Below, one piece after another: positions 1 to 10,444 of a DNA stretch of 64,000 bases. Origin of the DNA: Promethearchaeota archaeon. Lineage in GTDB: Archaea; Asgardarchaeota; Lokiarchaeia; Sigyniarchaeales; SOKP01. The stretch's first letter is position 1, and each line of letters starts with the position of its first letter. Where the stretch lies: assembly GCA_016840085.1 (NCBI GenBank), contig JAEOTA010000081.1, positions 128,001 through 192,000 of the forward strand, written 5' to 3'. The position numbers and the translations under genes are program-made. A model generated the notes under the pieces. That model did not search any database, was not told the origin of the DNA, and was given only the letters and a program-made list of their open reading frames with translations.

Positions 1-1
1 A

Positions 2-1021
2 ATAAAATCATTAGAAAAAGAAAAAATTAAAATTTTTTTTCCAAATAAGAATTATGAATATCTTCCTATTTTCAGATCTTCTTTAAAAACAGGAATAAAA
101 TTATTACATATTAATTGGATTCAAGAATTCACAGGTACAAGATATAGAAATTTCTTTTTTAATATATTTAAATTATTATTATTTAAAATTGACATCTACT
201 TAGTGAAATATCTCCTTAAAATCAAGATTGTTTGGACAATGCACAATCTTTATGCGCATGAATATTTTTATTTCTTAACTGAAAAATTAGGCAGAAAGTT
301 TTTGTTAAAAAAAGTTAATGCTATTATAATTCATTGCTATAAAGTTTTAACTTATATACGAAAAGAGTTTAAGGATTATTCTCATAAAATCTATATCATA
401 CCTCATGGTAATTATTTTAATTGCTATGAAAATGATATTTCTTCAATTGAAGCTAGGAAAATTCTTAAATTAAAAGAAAATGATCTTGTTTTTCTTTTTT
501 TTGGCAGGATTAGACCTTATAAGGGTATTTTTAATCTAATAAATACTTTTAAATCATTTGAAATAAATAAGAATTTAAAGTTATTGATAATAGGTAATCC
601 TAAAAATGAAAATACTAAGAATAAAATTTTAAGAATAATTCAAACCTCAAAAAACATCATCGGGGAATTAAAATTTATTCCTGATGAAGAGATCCAAATA
701 TTCATGAATGCGTCTGATATTGTGGTTTTTCCATACCATGAGATTTTAGCTTCTGGAGCACTTCATCTTGCAATGACTTATGGTAAACCTATCATTGCTC
801 CTCGTATTGGATGCATTCCAGAAACTTTGAATAAGAATGGTGCTTTTCTTTATAACTTAAAAGATAAAAAAGGATTAGGAAAAGCATTAGAGAAGGCAAT
901 TAAGAATAGAGAAAGACTCAAAAAAATGGGGATATTTAATTTGGAAATATCGAAAAAACTTGATTGGAATAAGATAGGATTAGAAACAAAGAAAATATAT
1001 AAGAAACTGTTTAAAAACTAA
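2..1021 (+). CDS. Glycosyltransferase family 4 (5'-partial)
   Basis: Frame is open from base 2, upstream of the GTG at 203. GT4 motifs WTMHN, IPHG, FFGRIRPYKG, and ASDIVVFPY..SGALHLAMTYGKPII. Confidence 0.9.
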   Translation: MKSLEKEKIKIFFPNKNYEYLPIFRSSLKTGIKLLHINWIQEFTGTRYRNFFFNIFKLLLFKIDIYLVKYLLKIKIVWTMHNLYAHEYFYFLTEKLGRKFLLKKVNAIIIHCYKVLTYIRKEFKDYSHKIYIIPHGNYFNCYENDISSIEARKILKLKENDLVFLFFGRIRPYKGIFNLINTFKSFEINKNLKLLIIGNPKNENTKNKILRIIQTSKNIIGELKFIPDEEIQIFMNASDIVVFPYHEILASGALHLAMTYGKPIIAPRIGCIPETLNKNGAFLYNLKDKKGLGKALEKAIKNRERLKKMGIFNLEISKKLDWNKIGLETKKIYKKLFKN

Positions 1022-1100
1022 TCTTAATCTTATTTATTTTTAAGTTAGGTAATGCATAATTTTCAAAAATTTAATTAAAAGATTTAGACTTTAAAAATTA

Positions 1101-1925
1101 ATGAGATTTAATAAGTTAATACAAAAATTACGATATTTTTCTGATACTTTTTTATCTAAAATTGAAATAAGTTTTCTTCTACAATATCACTTTTTTTATA
1201 GGAATTATTTAAAGATTTTTGAGGGATTATCATTTAAACCTAGGATTCCACAAAATATTAAATGGGGCAATACAACTTTAAAAAATAAAGAAGAACTAAA
1301 TTTAGCAATTAAAGAAATAAAAAAATCAAATTTAAATCTTCATCCAAAAGTACCAGAAAAAAATTGGGATTCTCTTATAGCATTAAATATTATTTTGCAA
1401 AATACAGACCAATCTGCTTATATCCTTGATGCTGGAGGGCAAAAAAATTCATTAATCCTCCACTGGCTCTATCAATTCGATTATTCTAATTTAAAAGCTA
1501 TAAATTTAGTTTTTGAAAATAGAAAAAGTAAAGGTAAAATTGAATTTATTCCCGGGGATATAACTAATACTCCATTTCCGGACAAATATTTTGATATTAT
1601 AACATGTTTGAGTGTCATTGAACATGGTGTTGATGAAGATCAATTTTTAATAGAAATGCATAGAATTCTGAAAGATGGGGGTTTACTTATTATTTCAACA
1701 GACTATTGGGAACAAAACATAAATATAGGAAATTTATATGCATATAATCACCCCATTTTTGTATATAATAAAGATTTTATTAAAAGATTATTAAAAAAAG
1801 CAATAACTAAGGGATTTAAAATATATGGTCCAAAGGTTGACCTTAGCTGTGAGGAAAAAGTAGTTAATTGGAGAAAATTTAATATAAGTTTCACATTTTT
1901 AATATTTAGTTTACAGAAAGAATAA
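1101..1925 (+). CDS. Class I SAM-dependent methyltransferase
   Basis: ILDAGG motif I, PFPDKYFDIITCLSVIEH, EMHRILKDGGLLIISTDY. Confidence 0.85.
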   Translation: MRFNKLIQKLRYFSDTFLSKIEISFLLQYHFFYRNYLKIFEGLSFKPRIPQNIKWGNTTLKNKEELNLAIKEIKKSNLNLHPKVPEKNWDSLIALNIILQNTDQSAYILDAGGQKNSLILHWLYQFDYSNLKAINLVFENRKSKGKIEFIPGDITNTPFPDKYFDIITCLSVIEHGVDEDQFLIEMHRILKDGGLLIISTDYWEQNINIGNLYAYNHPIFVYNKDFIKRLLKKAITKGFKIYGPKVDLSCEEKVVNWRKFNISFTFLIFSLQKE

Positions 1926-1943
1926 TGGGAGAAGAAATTAGGT

Positions 1944-4328
1944 TTGAACATATCTGAACAACTTTTATATAATATTTCAATAAGCATTTCCCAAATATTA
2001 AATTTATATTTAAACAATGTAGAACATAAATTCCCTTTTTATTTTTTATCATTTTTAAAAAATCGAAGAATTCCTCGAAATAATATAAATGCTGTTTTTT
2101 ATTCACTAAAAAAAAATCTTATTAAAAATAATCTTAATTTATTTTTTAATATTGATTTCAAAAAATCAGTTGAAGATAATATCATTAGTACAGTCATTGG
2201 ATTTGAAAATCTTATTAATAATCTTTCAAACGTGTTTAAATCAAAAATATTCTTAAGAAGCGAATTAAAGCAGGCGGATTTAAAGAACCTTTATGGAAAA
2301 TGTGGTGAGCAAAATGAACTAATATCACTGATTCGATATATATACCAATTTAAAAACTATTTCAAAATAGTATTAATTAATGGTAGTATTGGATCAAGAG
2401 ATTATAAACCTGGTTGGAGTGATGTTGACTTATTTATTATTATTAATAATCAATATCTCATTTCTAAAAATAAACTTAGGGATTTAAGAAAAATAACATT
2501 AAATATTAAGAAATTAATTATGACTTATAGTATTCTACAGCTACATGGGGTATATTATTCTTCAGAAGAACAAATGAAGGCAAATTATAATGAATTCTTC
2601 CCTATAGCCTGCTTAGAAACTGGGCAAATCATTAATGACTTGGATAAATTTGAATTAAAAATCCCAAATAATAAAGAATCAGCATTAAACTATTTTAGAT
2701 CAATCTATAAAAATTCAAAACTTTTATACAATCAGATAAAAATAAAGAAATTAGATATTTTCTCACAAATCTTATTGTTTCATAGAATATACTCTTTTCC
2801 ATTTTCATTTTTACAATGCTTAGGATTCAATATTGGAAAAAAAGAGTCATTTAAAGTTCTTACAACAAAATTTCAAGATCTATTTCCAAAAATTTCAGAT
2901 TTTTATAATGAGGTAAATAGGTTTTATCTGAATTGGAAAATAGATAAAATTAGAACATATAAATTTCGTAAATTTTTGAGTCATATCTTTTCTTTAGAAT
3001 TTCTAAATAGAATTTTTCTTCAATGGGAAAAGTCTATTATAAATAAAATAGAAAATCATTTTAAACAATTCCTAAAAAAGAGGATTTTTAATGAATTTAA
3101 CAAGTTCCTTGATATTGCAAATAGTTATATTATAAAAGAATATCCTTCTTATCAGAATCCTTTTAGACCATATTTAGATTACGAATTTTATGAAAAATGC
3201 ATACATAAAATTCAAAAGTTATTTTCTAATATTGATGAAATCATAGCAATTTATAGATTTGGGAGTATCAAAGCTCCCGGTAATTCAGATATAGATTTAA
3301 TATTTGTTGTAAAGAATAATATTCAAGTGTATGACAAGATTGTATATTGCCTTAAAACTAGATTTACTTCTAATGAAAAATTTATAGTGTTTCAACATAA
3401 ACCTTTCGTAATTACGGAAGATATTGCTAAAAACTTAAATTATATTTTACCATGCGAAGAAATAACAAAAATCTATGGAAAAGATATTATCTTTAATATA
3501 ATTTCAAATCCTTATGTAAAATTAGCTATGCTTATTGAATTGTTGATCTTTACAAAACCTATTCCGTTTCCGGTTTTAGTGAATATTCAAGAAGATTTTG
3601 CAAAATCATTACAACAAATTAATACAATGAATTACATAATGAAACAATATTTAGAGATTATTGATTATTTTGATATAGGATCAGAGATTAGCTTCAAATA
3701 TTTAAGAGAATTATTAAAGAAAAATGATTATATTCGAAAAAATATGTATACTTTACCTTTAAACTCGATTAAAACGCATATTGATAATTCTTGTTTAATT
3801 ATGAGAAATTACTTGTTAAGAATTAAATTAGAAATTGCTCATTTTATTGAAAATAATGGTTTCAATCAAAAAATAATAAAAGAATATAAGAGGAAACCTG
3901 TTTTAAGATTTGGGAGTTATTTTTTTATCTTTAATGAAGAAAAACTCAAAAAAATTAATCTTATCAATAATAGATCATATCTTTATAATCCATGGTCCTT
4001 TTATTTCTTTTTTAAAAATCAAGAATGTTTGAAGAAAAAATTTTATAAGGGAATTAAAGAAAGAAATAAGATATTAATCCCCTATTTGAGATATACATTA
4101 ATATATAATAATAATTCAAATTTGTATGTTCCATTTTGGTATCGTGATAAAAAAAGAAATCTTAATGAAATAATATGGAATTTAGTTCCAAAAACTTTAA
4201 AAAATAAGTATCTCTTTTATTTTTATTTCTGGCAAAAAGCTCCTCGACTATATGAAATTATATTATTACCTCTTTTATTATTAAAAAAATTCGCAAAAAA
4301 TCTTTTCCATTATTTGAGTAATATTTGA
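1944..4328 (+). CDS. Protein with two Pol-beta-superfamily nucleotidyltransferase-like domains
   Basis: Two hGS-x-DxD motifs: VLINGSIGSRDYKPGWSDVDLFII and IYRFGSIKAPGNSDIDLIFVV. TTG start uncertain. Confidence 0.65.
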   Translation: MNISEQLLYNISISISQILNLYLNNVEHKFPFYFLSFLKNRRIPRNNINAVFYSLKKNLIKNNLNLFFNIDFKKSVEDNIISTVIGFENLINNLSNVFKSKIFLRSELKQADLKNLYGKCGEQNELISLIRYIYQFKNYFKIVLINGSIGSRDYKPGWSDVDLFIIINNQYLISKNKLRDLRKITLNIKKLIMTYSILQLHGVYYSSEEQMKANYNEFFPIACLETGQIINDLDKFELKIPNNKESALNYFRSIYKNSKLLYNQIKIKKLDIFSQILLFHRIYSFPFSFLQCLGFNIGKKESFKVLTTKFQDLFPKISDFYNEVNRFYLNWKIDKIRTYKFRKFLSHIFSLEFLNRIFLQWEKSIINKIENHFKQFLKKRIFNEFNKFLDIANSYIIKEYPSYQNPFRPYLDYEFYEKCIHKIQKLFSNIDEIIAIYRFGSIKAPGNSDIDLIFVVKNNIQVYDKIVYCLKTRFTSNEKFIVFQHKPFVITEDIAKNLNYILPCEEITKIYGKDIIFNIISNPYVKLAMLIELLIFTKPIPFPVLVNIQEDFAKSLQQINTMNYIMKQYLEIIDYFDIGSEISFKYLRELLKKNDYIRKNMYTLPLNSIKTHIDNSCLIMRNYLLRIKLEIAHFIENNGFNQKIIKEYKRKPVLRFGSYFFIFNEEKLKKINLINNRSYLYNPWSFYFFFKNQECLKKKFYKGIKERNKILIPYLRYTLIYNNNSNLYVPFWYRDKKRNLNEIIWNLVPKTLKNKYLFYFYFWQKAPRLYEIILLPLLLLKKFAKNLFHYLSNI

Positions 4329-4338
4329 GTTAAGAAAA

Positions 4339-5382
4339 TTAGAAATCTTGAAAACATAGAAAAATCATTATTAAATCCTTTCTTAATAGAACTCTATTAA
4401 CCTCTCTTCTTAGGTAACTTATTAATAATTTTATAAGAATGGATCCAATTATTATCCTTAATCTATTAATAATAATTTCAAGTTTAGTTTGATTTATCGC
4501 ATTTTTACTGGCACCCAAACGACTACTTTTATAACTCTTAAATACTTCCTTCAAACTAACTGGAGAAAACTTAATTAAATCTTTTAACTCTTTAATATCT
4601 TTGAATATTTCTTCAGGTTTGAAGGATCCATTTACATTTTGATAATATTTATCAAAAATAGGTAATAAAGAATCCCAAAAATGATGTGAATTTAATATAG
4701 TAATTGTATCTTCTTTCTTAGGCTCCATTGAAGAAGTATAATGAAATTTTTGCCATCCTAAAACATTCTTTGGGTGGTTTGCTTCAAAATTTTTTACTTT
4801 TGTCCACCATTCTCTAGAATATGCCAATAAATCAACATTCAAAAAATTACCTATTAATTCAATTATTTTTTGATTTTTATAAATAATATCCTCCATGCGA
4901 ATATGTAAAACATCTGGTAATAAAAAACTCTTAAGAAAATAAGAACAATAATCAATTACTGTGGGTACAATATCTTGTGATGTTATATATGTCCGGATTG
5001 TAGAATCTTTACACAACCAAGTCCGAATATCTCTAATAGTAAAAATTATTCTGTCATTCTTGAGATCCTCTAATACCTTTTCATTGAGAGTAGGAAGTTT
5101 ATCACCCATAATTTCAAAATTATACCCATTATCTCTTAAAAATTCTTTTAATTCGAAATATAATACTTCTGGTTCACACTCAAATCTAAATAGATATCTA
5201 GCATTAGGATATTTCTCCAAAAATTTTTATGCATATTTTCCTGGCAATCCTCGATGAAGGATGGTTTCATAAAGAATAAAAATTTTAGGATGGCAATTTA
5301 AAATCCCAACGATAGGAGAAGTTCCAGTTTTATGAGCACCAGTAATAAATACGATTTTTTCTAATTTTTCCTTTAGGCTCAT
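4339..5382 (-). pseudogene. Sulfotransferase-like protein interrupted by one in-frame TAA
   Basis: ATG at 5382. PAPS-binding-like FITGAHKTGTS..LNCHP..LYE, then MGDKLP and IFTIRD. ORFs 5227-5460 and 4339-5220 are in the same frame, separated only by TAA at 5229-5227. Confidence 0.75.
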
Positions 5383-5693
5383 AATAATCAAACCACTTTT
5401 TCTTGTGAAATTCCTCTTTAGCATATATAATATGATTATTTCTGGTAATCTTCCTTCCATTTAAAACTATATTAATAAACGAATTAACTCAAATTTTATC
5501 AGAAAAAGAAAGCCTTGGATTATTTTTAATACGACTTAAAGAAAAAAAACTTGATTTTTGATAAAGTATTATTTGTATAGAATAATAATAAAATATCTCA
5601 GATTGGTAAATTTTAATAAAATTAGCTTTAAATTTCTTTAAAAATTATTAATAACTACATATAGATAAGGAAAAAGACATAACATTTGATCTT

Positions 5694-7313
5694 ATGATTT
5701 TTTTTGAGAAATTTTTAAATCTAATACGCTCAATTATAGATTCTTTCGATAAATGGAGATCTTATAAAAAAGAATATAATCATTTCAAGAAACTTTCAGG
5801 AAATATTGAAAGAACTCAATTAATTAGTAAGACAATCGTATTTAATACAGTCAGAAGTATAAAGTCTGTTATTGACAGAGAATTTTTTCTCGGAAAAATT
5901 TTAGCATTAAATGGAGCTAAAGTTATCGTATTGTTAGATGATGGTATCCTTAAGCATTGTGATACAATTACTTTAGGTAAATATATTAAATATAAAAATT
6001 TTAAAAAAACAAATTTTAATCCAACTCCCTTTTCTTACAAAAATTATAAAAATTTTGTAAAAAATCTTCTTTTAAGAAGTCTTTTAAAACAATCATTAAA
6101 ATCATTTCAAGATAAGAATCTTAAATTTATTTATTATAGTGAAATTTTAACAAAAAAAAAAATAAATTTTGAAAATTGGCAGGAGTTAAAGAAATATGCG
6201 CATTCTTCAACAATAAGATTTTTCACAAGAAGTAATTTAGATTTTAATAATAGATATGTAAAGCATTATTATAACTTATCTTTAATAAATGCTATTATGA
6301 GTAAAAATGTAGGAGAATATATTTTAAAAAGAATTAAACCAGATTTTTTTATAACTTCTCATGGAATATATTCTACTTGGGGACCTACTTATGATTTTTT
6401 AAAAAAGCACGGGATTAATTGTTTAGTATATTCAGGTGTCCATGGACATTCAACAAAGGAGAAAGATTTTTTTATTATTGATCAAAAACCTCATTTATTA
6501 TCAAGCTCAAAGTTTTGGCAAAAATTTAAGCATAATCGAGTAACTAAAGAAATGAAAGAAAAAGTTATGGATTATTTTGAAAAAAGATTTAACTATAATA
6601 GTAGAGATGGTAAATGGCTTTATTATGGTAAAAAAACTATATTAAAAATAAATAAAAATGATGGATATAAATATCATGTTGCTATGTTTCCTCATCTGTT
6701 ATGGGATGGAAATATTAAAGATAGGCATCCTGTCTTTTCAGGTTATTTAGATTGGCTACTTTCAACTATTGATTTTCTAAAAAATCGAAAAGATATAAAA
6801 TTGTATGTTAAAAGCCACCCAATAGAATTAAGACTTAAAAATTCAACAAGAGTAGTTGATTTGATTAAAAAATATATAGAATTAGAAGAAATTGATAATC
6901 TCGTTTTAATTCCACCTGAAACAAAACTTGATACTTATTTGTTTTTAAAAAGTGGAGTTGATTTAAGTTTAGTCTATGATGGTTTTTTGGGAATAGAAAT
7001 TCCATTTTTAAGAATTCCTACAATAACTTGTGTTAAAGGAGGATTTGCTTCTGTTGAAGGGGGAAATATCACAATTAGAGATAAAGAAAGTTATTTTGAA
7101 TATTTAAATAATATTGATAAGATCAATACTGAATTTAATGAAAATTATGATGAACGACTTAATAATCTAATAAAGTATGTTTATTGGTATATTTTTGAAA
7201 TATCGATAAAATTACCAACTTTATCTTCAGACTCTTACATTGGAACAAATTTATTACAATTGAAAAGAAAAGATTTAATTATAGATAATAAATTTTTATC
7301 TTTTTTTACATAA
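5694..7313 (+). CDS. Capsule polysaccharide biosynthesis (KpsS-like) protein, candidate CMP-nonulosonate transferase
   Basis: ITSHGIY, MFPHLLWD, VKSHP and GIEIPFLRIP motifs. Lies next to the nonulosonate pathway. Confidence 0.6.
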   Translation: MIFFEKFLNLIRSIIDSFDKWRSYKKEYNHFKKLSGNIERTQLISKTIVFNTVRSIKSVIDREFFLGKILALNGAKVIVLLDDGILKHCDTITLGKYIKYKNFKKTNFNPTPFSYKNYKNFVKNLLLRSLLKQSLKSFQDKNLKFIYYSEILTKKKINFENWQELKKYAHSSTIRFFTRSNLDFNNRYVKHYYNLSLINAIMSKNVGEYILKRIKPDFFITSHGIYSTWGPTYDFLKKHGINCLVYSGVHGHSTKEKDFFIIDQKPHLLSSSKFWQKFKHNRVTKEMKEKVMDYFEKRFNYNSRDGKWLYYGKKTILKINKNDGYKYHVAMFPHLLWDGNIKDRHPVFSGYLDWLLSTIDFLKNRKDIKLYVKSHPIELRLKNSTRVVDLIKKYIELEEIDNLVLIPPETKLDTYLFLKSGVDLSLVYDGFLGIEIPFLRIPTITCVKGGFASVEGGNITIRDKESYFEYLNNIDKINTEFNENYDERLNNLIKYVYWYIFEISIKLPTLSSDSYIGTNLLQLKRKDLIIDNKFLSFFT

Positions 7314-7551
7314 TCTTAAAGTTATTCTTATTCCTTAAATTTCTGAAATCATAAAATTTTTATTTTTAAAGGATTAATAAAAATATTTCAAATATTGATT
7401 TGATTTAAAATGGTTTTTAAAGAAATTATATGATATAAATTATGACAATTCGATTTATTTTTTTAAAAATTATTACTGCATTGATCTTCGAATGTCTTTT
7501 AATGTTTTATCAAAAAAATTCATATCTACATTTTTGCAATTTTGAAATGAT

Positions 7552-8070
7552 TTATTGATTGATAAAAAAAAAATCTTTTTTATTTAATCTATATACTAAA
7601 ACATCTTCCTCTTCTTTATATAATTTAAATCCAACCTTTTTTTTTATATGATGCGCACCAATATTTTCTTTATAAGCTCCAGAAGTAATTATTTTTAAAT
7701 TTAGATTATTAAATACGTAATTAATGAAGAGTTTATAGGTCTCTGTACCATAACCCTTACCCCAATATTCTTTTTCTCCAATTAGTAGGCCAATACTACC
7801 ACTTTTCTTATTAAAATCAATAGAGCTTAATCTGACGTTTCCGATATGTGTATCATTTTCTTTGAGAAAGATGCCTAAAAAAAGACAATTTGGATCATTA
7901 TTTTGAGTAGTTATGTAATTTTCTAATTCTTTTATTGATGTTTTCTTCGTTTCTAAAAATATATTTATTTCAGGATTATTTATCCAAGATCTATATTTTT
8001 CAGTAGCATCTTGTTCTGTTAATGTCCTCAAATAAATCCTATCTCCTTCAAGTTTTTTATTAATTATCAT
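7552..8070 (-). CDS. GNAT N-acetyltransferase (RimJ/RimL-like)
   Basis: IYLRTL, HIGNVRL, LLIGEKEYWGKGYGTE acetyl-CoA loop. Confidence 0.9.
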   Translation of the reverse strand: MIINKKLEGDRIYLRTLTEQDATEKYRSWINNPEINIFLETKKTSIKELENYITTQNNDPNCLFLGIFLKENDTHIGNVRLSSIDFNKKSGSIGLLIGEKEYWGKGYGTETYKLFINYVFNNLNLKIITSGAYKENIGAHHIKKKVGFKLYKEEEDVLVYRLNKKDFFFINQ

Positions 8071-8130
8071 TCCAATTTAGAAAATTTTAAGAAATAAATT
8101 AATGTATCTATTTTTCTTAAATAACTAATA

Positions 8131-9054
8131 ATGAAAATTTCAAAACTTACTTTGGGAACTGCTCAATTAGGATTGAACTATGGAATTTCTAATATAAATG
8201 GAAAACCAGATTTTAATTATTCTCTTAATTTGTTAAAATATGCTTGGAAGAATGGAATTAATACTTTTGATACAGCTCCAACATATGGAAATTCCGAAAA
8301 AATAATTGGAGATTTTATAGTTTCAAATTTCAAATCTATTCCAAAAAATTTAACTATAATTACAAAATTATCAGCTCTTCAAATAAATAATAAAATGAAT
8401 TTTGATGATTTCTTAACTAATATTAAGAATACTATAATCCAAACATTAAGAAATTTAAAAATTAAAAAAATTCCAATTTACTTGATACATCATGCTCCAG
8501 ATTTGTATTTGAAAAATGGTATTATTATTAAATGTTTAAGTCAATTAAAGAATGAGGGATTAATCGATCGTATAGGGATTTCGATCTATAATCAAGAAGA
8601 AATAATTGAAGCATTTAAATATAAGGAACTTGATGTAATTCAAATCCCAATAAATATTTTTGACCATCGATTAATTCATAATAAAATATTGAAAAAACTT
8701 AAAGAAAAAAATTATTTAATATTTGCAAGGAGCATCTTTTTACAAGGCCTATTCTTTATTGATTTAGAATGCTTGCCAAAGAATCTTGAAATAGCAAAAA
8801 ATTATTTACTGAAGTTAAGAAATATATGTAAAGATTACAAAATCGAATTAGACAAATTGGCATTATTATTTGTAAGAGAATTGCCAGAAATTGATAGTAT
8901 TGTAATTGGTGTTGAAAGATTAGAACAACTTAAAAGAAATTTAATTTTAATTGAAGAAAAACCTTTACGTCATAATATTTTAAATAGAATTTTTTTAGAA
9001 TTTTCAGATGTTCCTGAATTAATAATTAATCCTTCTCTATGGAAAACTATCTAG
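8131..9054 (+). CDS. Aldo/keto reductase
   Basis: LTLGTAQLG..YG, FDTAPTYGNSE, YLIHH, IGISIY, ARSIFLQG. Confidence 0.9.
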   Translation: MKISKLTLGTAQLGLNYGISNINGKPDFNYSLNLLKYAWKNGINTFDTAPTYGNSEKIIGDFIVSNFKSIPKNLTIITKLSALQINNKMNFDDFLTNIKNTIIQTLRNLKIKKIPIYLIHHAPDLYLKNGIIIKCLSQLKNEGLIDRIGISIYNQEEIIEAFKYKELDVIQIPINIFDHRLIHNKILKKLKEKNYLIFARSIFLQGLFFIDLECLPKNLEIAKNYLLKLRNICKDYKIELDKLALLFVRELPEIDSIVIGVERLEQLKRNLILIEEKPLRHNILNRIFLEFSDVPELIINPSLWKTI

Positions 9055-9128
9055 ATTATTTGAAAAAATAAAATATATTAAACCACAATAATTTTAGCGT
9101 AATATATTGTTTAAAAAGGTATTATATA

Positions 9129-10439
9129 ATGAACTGTCAAAAAGGAAATTCACTTTGGAAGAAGGCAAAACAATTGATCCCTGGGGGTTCACAATTATTA
9201 AGCAAGCGTTCTGAGATGTTTTTACCTGATCTTTGGCCCTCTTATTATACAAAAGCGAAAGGGATCGAAATCTGGGATTTAGATGGCAATAAATTTATTG
9301 ATTTTGCATCTATGGGTGTCGGCTCTTGTATACTTGGATATGCAGATGAAGAAGTTAATGAAGCAGTGAAAAATTCAATTAATAATGGTTCTATGACAAC
9401 TCTGAATTGTCCAGAGGAAGTTGAATTGGCAGAATTATTACTTGAAATACATCCCTGGGCTGGTGCTGTTCGTTATGCTCGTACCGGAGGAGAAAGCATG
9501 GCCATTGCGATTAGAATCGCTCGAGCATATAAAAAAAAAGAAAAAATTGCATTCTGTGGATATCATGGATGGCATGATTGGTATTTATCAAGTAATTTGG
9601 CAGATAATGCAAATCTTGACGGTCATCTTCTACCAGGGCTGGATCCTAATGGTGTCCCTAGAGGATTGATAAATACGGCAATTCCGTTCGAATATAATGA
9701 TATTGAGAAATTAGAATACATAACAAAAAAACATGACATTGGAATTATAGTTCTAGAGCCCATAAGACATCAAGAACCATCGAATAATTTTCTTAAACGA
9801 GTTAGAGAAATTGCTGATGATATTAATGCTGTTTTAATCTTTGATGAGATAACATCTGGCTGGAGACTAACTCTTGGAGGAGCTCATTTAAAATATAATG
9901 TTAATCCTGACATAATGGTAACTGCAAAAGCGATTAGTAATGGATTTCCTATGGGTGCTGTGATAGGAAAAAGTGAGATTATGGATTCAGCACAGATGAG
10001 TTTTATAAGTAGTACGTATTGGACTGAAAGAATTGGACCAACAGCAGCAATAGCAACTATAAATAAAATCAAAAAGGAAAAGGTTCCAGATAATTTAGAC
10101 AGAATTGGTAAAATTATTGGAAATGGTTGGACAAGATTAGCAGAAGAACATGAATTAGAGATTGAAATTCTGCATCCCAATGCTCTTATTTCTTTTTCAT
10201 TTGAGCTTGAAAATGCTCAAGAATGTAAAACATTATTTACACAAGAAATGCTTGATAAAGGATATCTTGCTTCAAATAGTGTTTATGTTAGTTTTAGCCA
10301 TAAAAAAGAATACTTGAATGATTACTTAAATGAAGTTGATGATGTTTTTGGCAAAATTAAATTAGCAGTAAAAAAAAATAGCGTAAAAAAGATGTTAAAG
10401 GGACCAATAGCTCATAATGGTTTTCAAAGATTAACCTAA
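9129..10439 (+). CDS. Class III PLP aminotransferase (GSA-aminomutase-like, KdnA-type sugar aminotransferase)
   Basis: IPGGSQLLSK, RTGGES, CGYHGWHDWY, LIFDEITSGWR, AKAISNG (PLP Lys), SSTYW. Confidence 0.88.
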   Translation: MNCQKGNSLWKKAKQLIPGGSQLLSKRSEMFLPDLWPSYYTKAKGIEIWDLDGNKFIDFASMGVGSCILGYADEEVNEAVKNSINNGSMTTLNCPEEVELAELLLEIHPWAGAVRYARTGGESMAIAIRIARAYKKKEKIAFCGYHGWHDWYLSSNLADNANLDGHLLPGLDPNGVPRGLINTAIPFEYNDIEKLEYITKKHDIGIIVLEPIRHQEPSNNFLKRVREIADDINAVLIFDEITSGWRLTLGGAHLKYNVNPDIMVTAKAISNGFPMGAVIGKSEIMDSAQMSFISSTYWTERIGPTAAIATINKIKKEKVPDNLDRIGKIIGNGWTRLAEEHELEIEILHPNALISFSFELENAQECKTLFTQEMLDKGYLASNSVYVSFSHKKEYLNDYLNEVDDVFGKIKLAVKKNSVKKMLKGPIAHNGFQRLT

Positions 10440-10444
10440 TCCTT

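Noticed and set aside
9129-10439. hemL (glutamate-1-semialdehyde aminomutase)
   Set aside because: The sugar-pathway context and QLLSK / GYHGWHDWY motifs fit the polysaccharide-associated subfamily. No tetrapyrrole genes are nearby.
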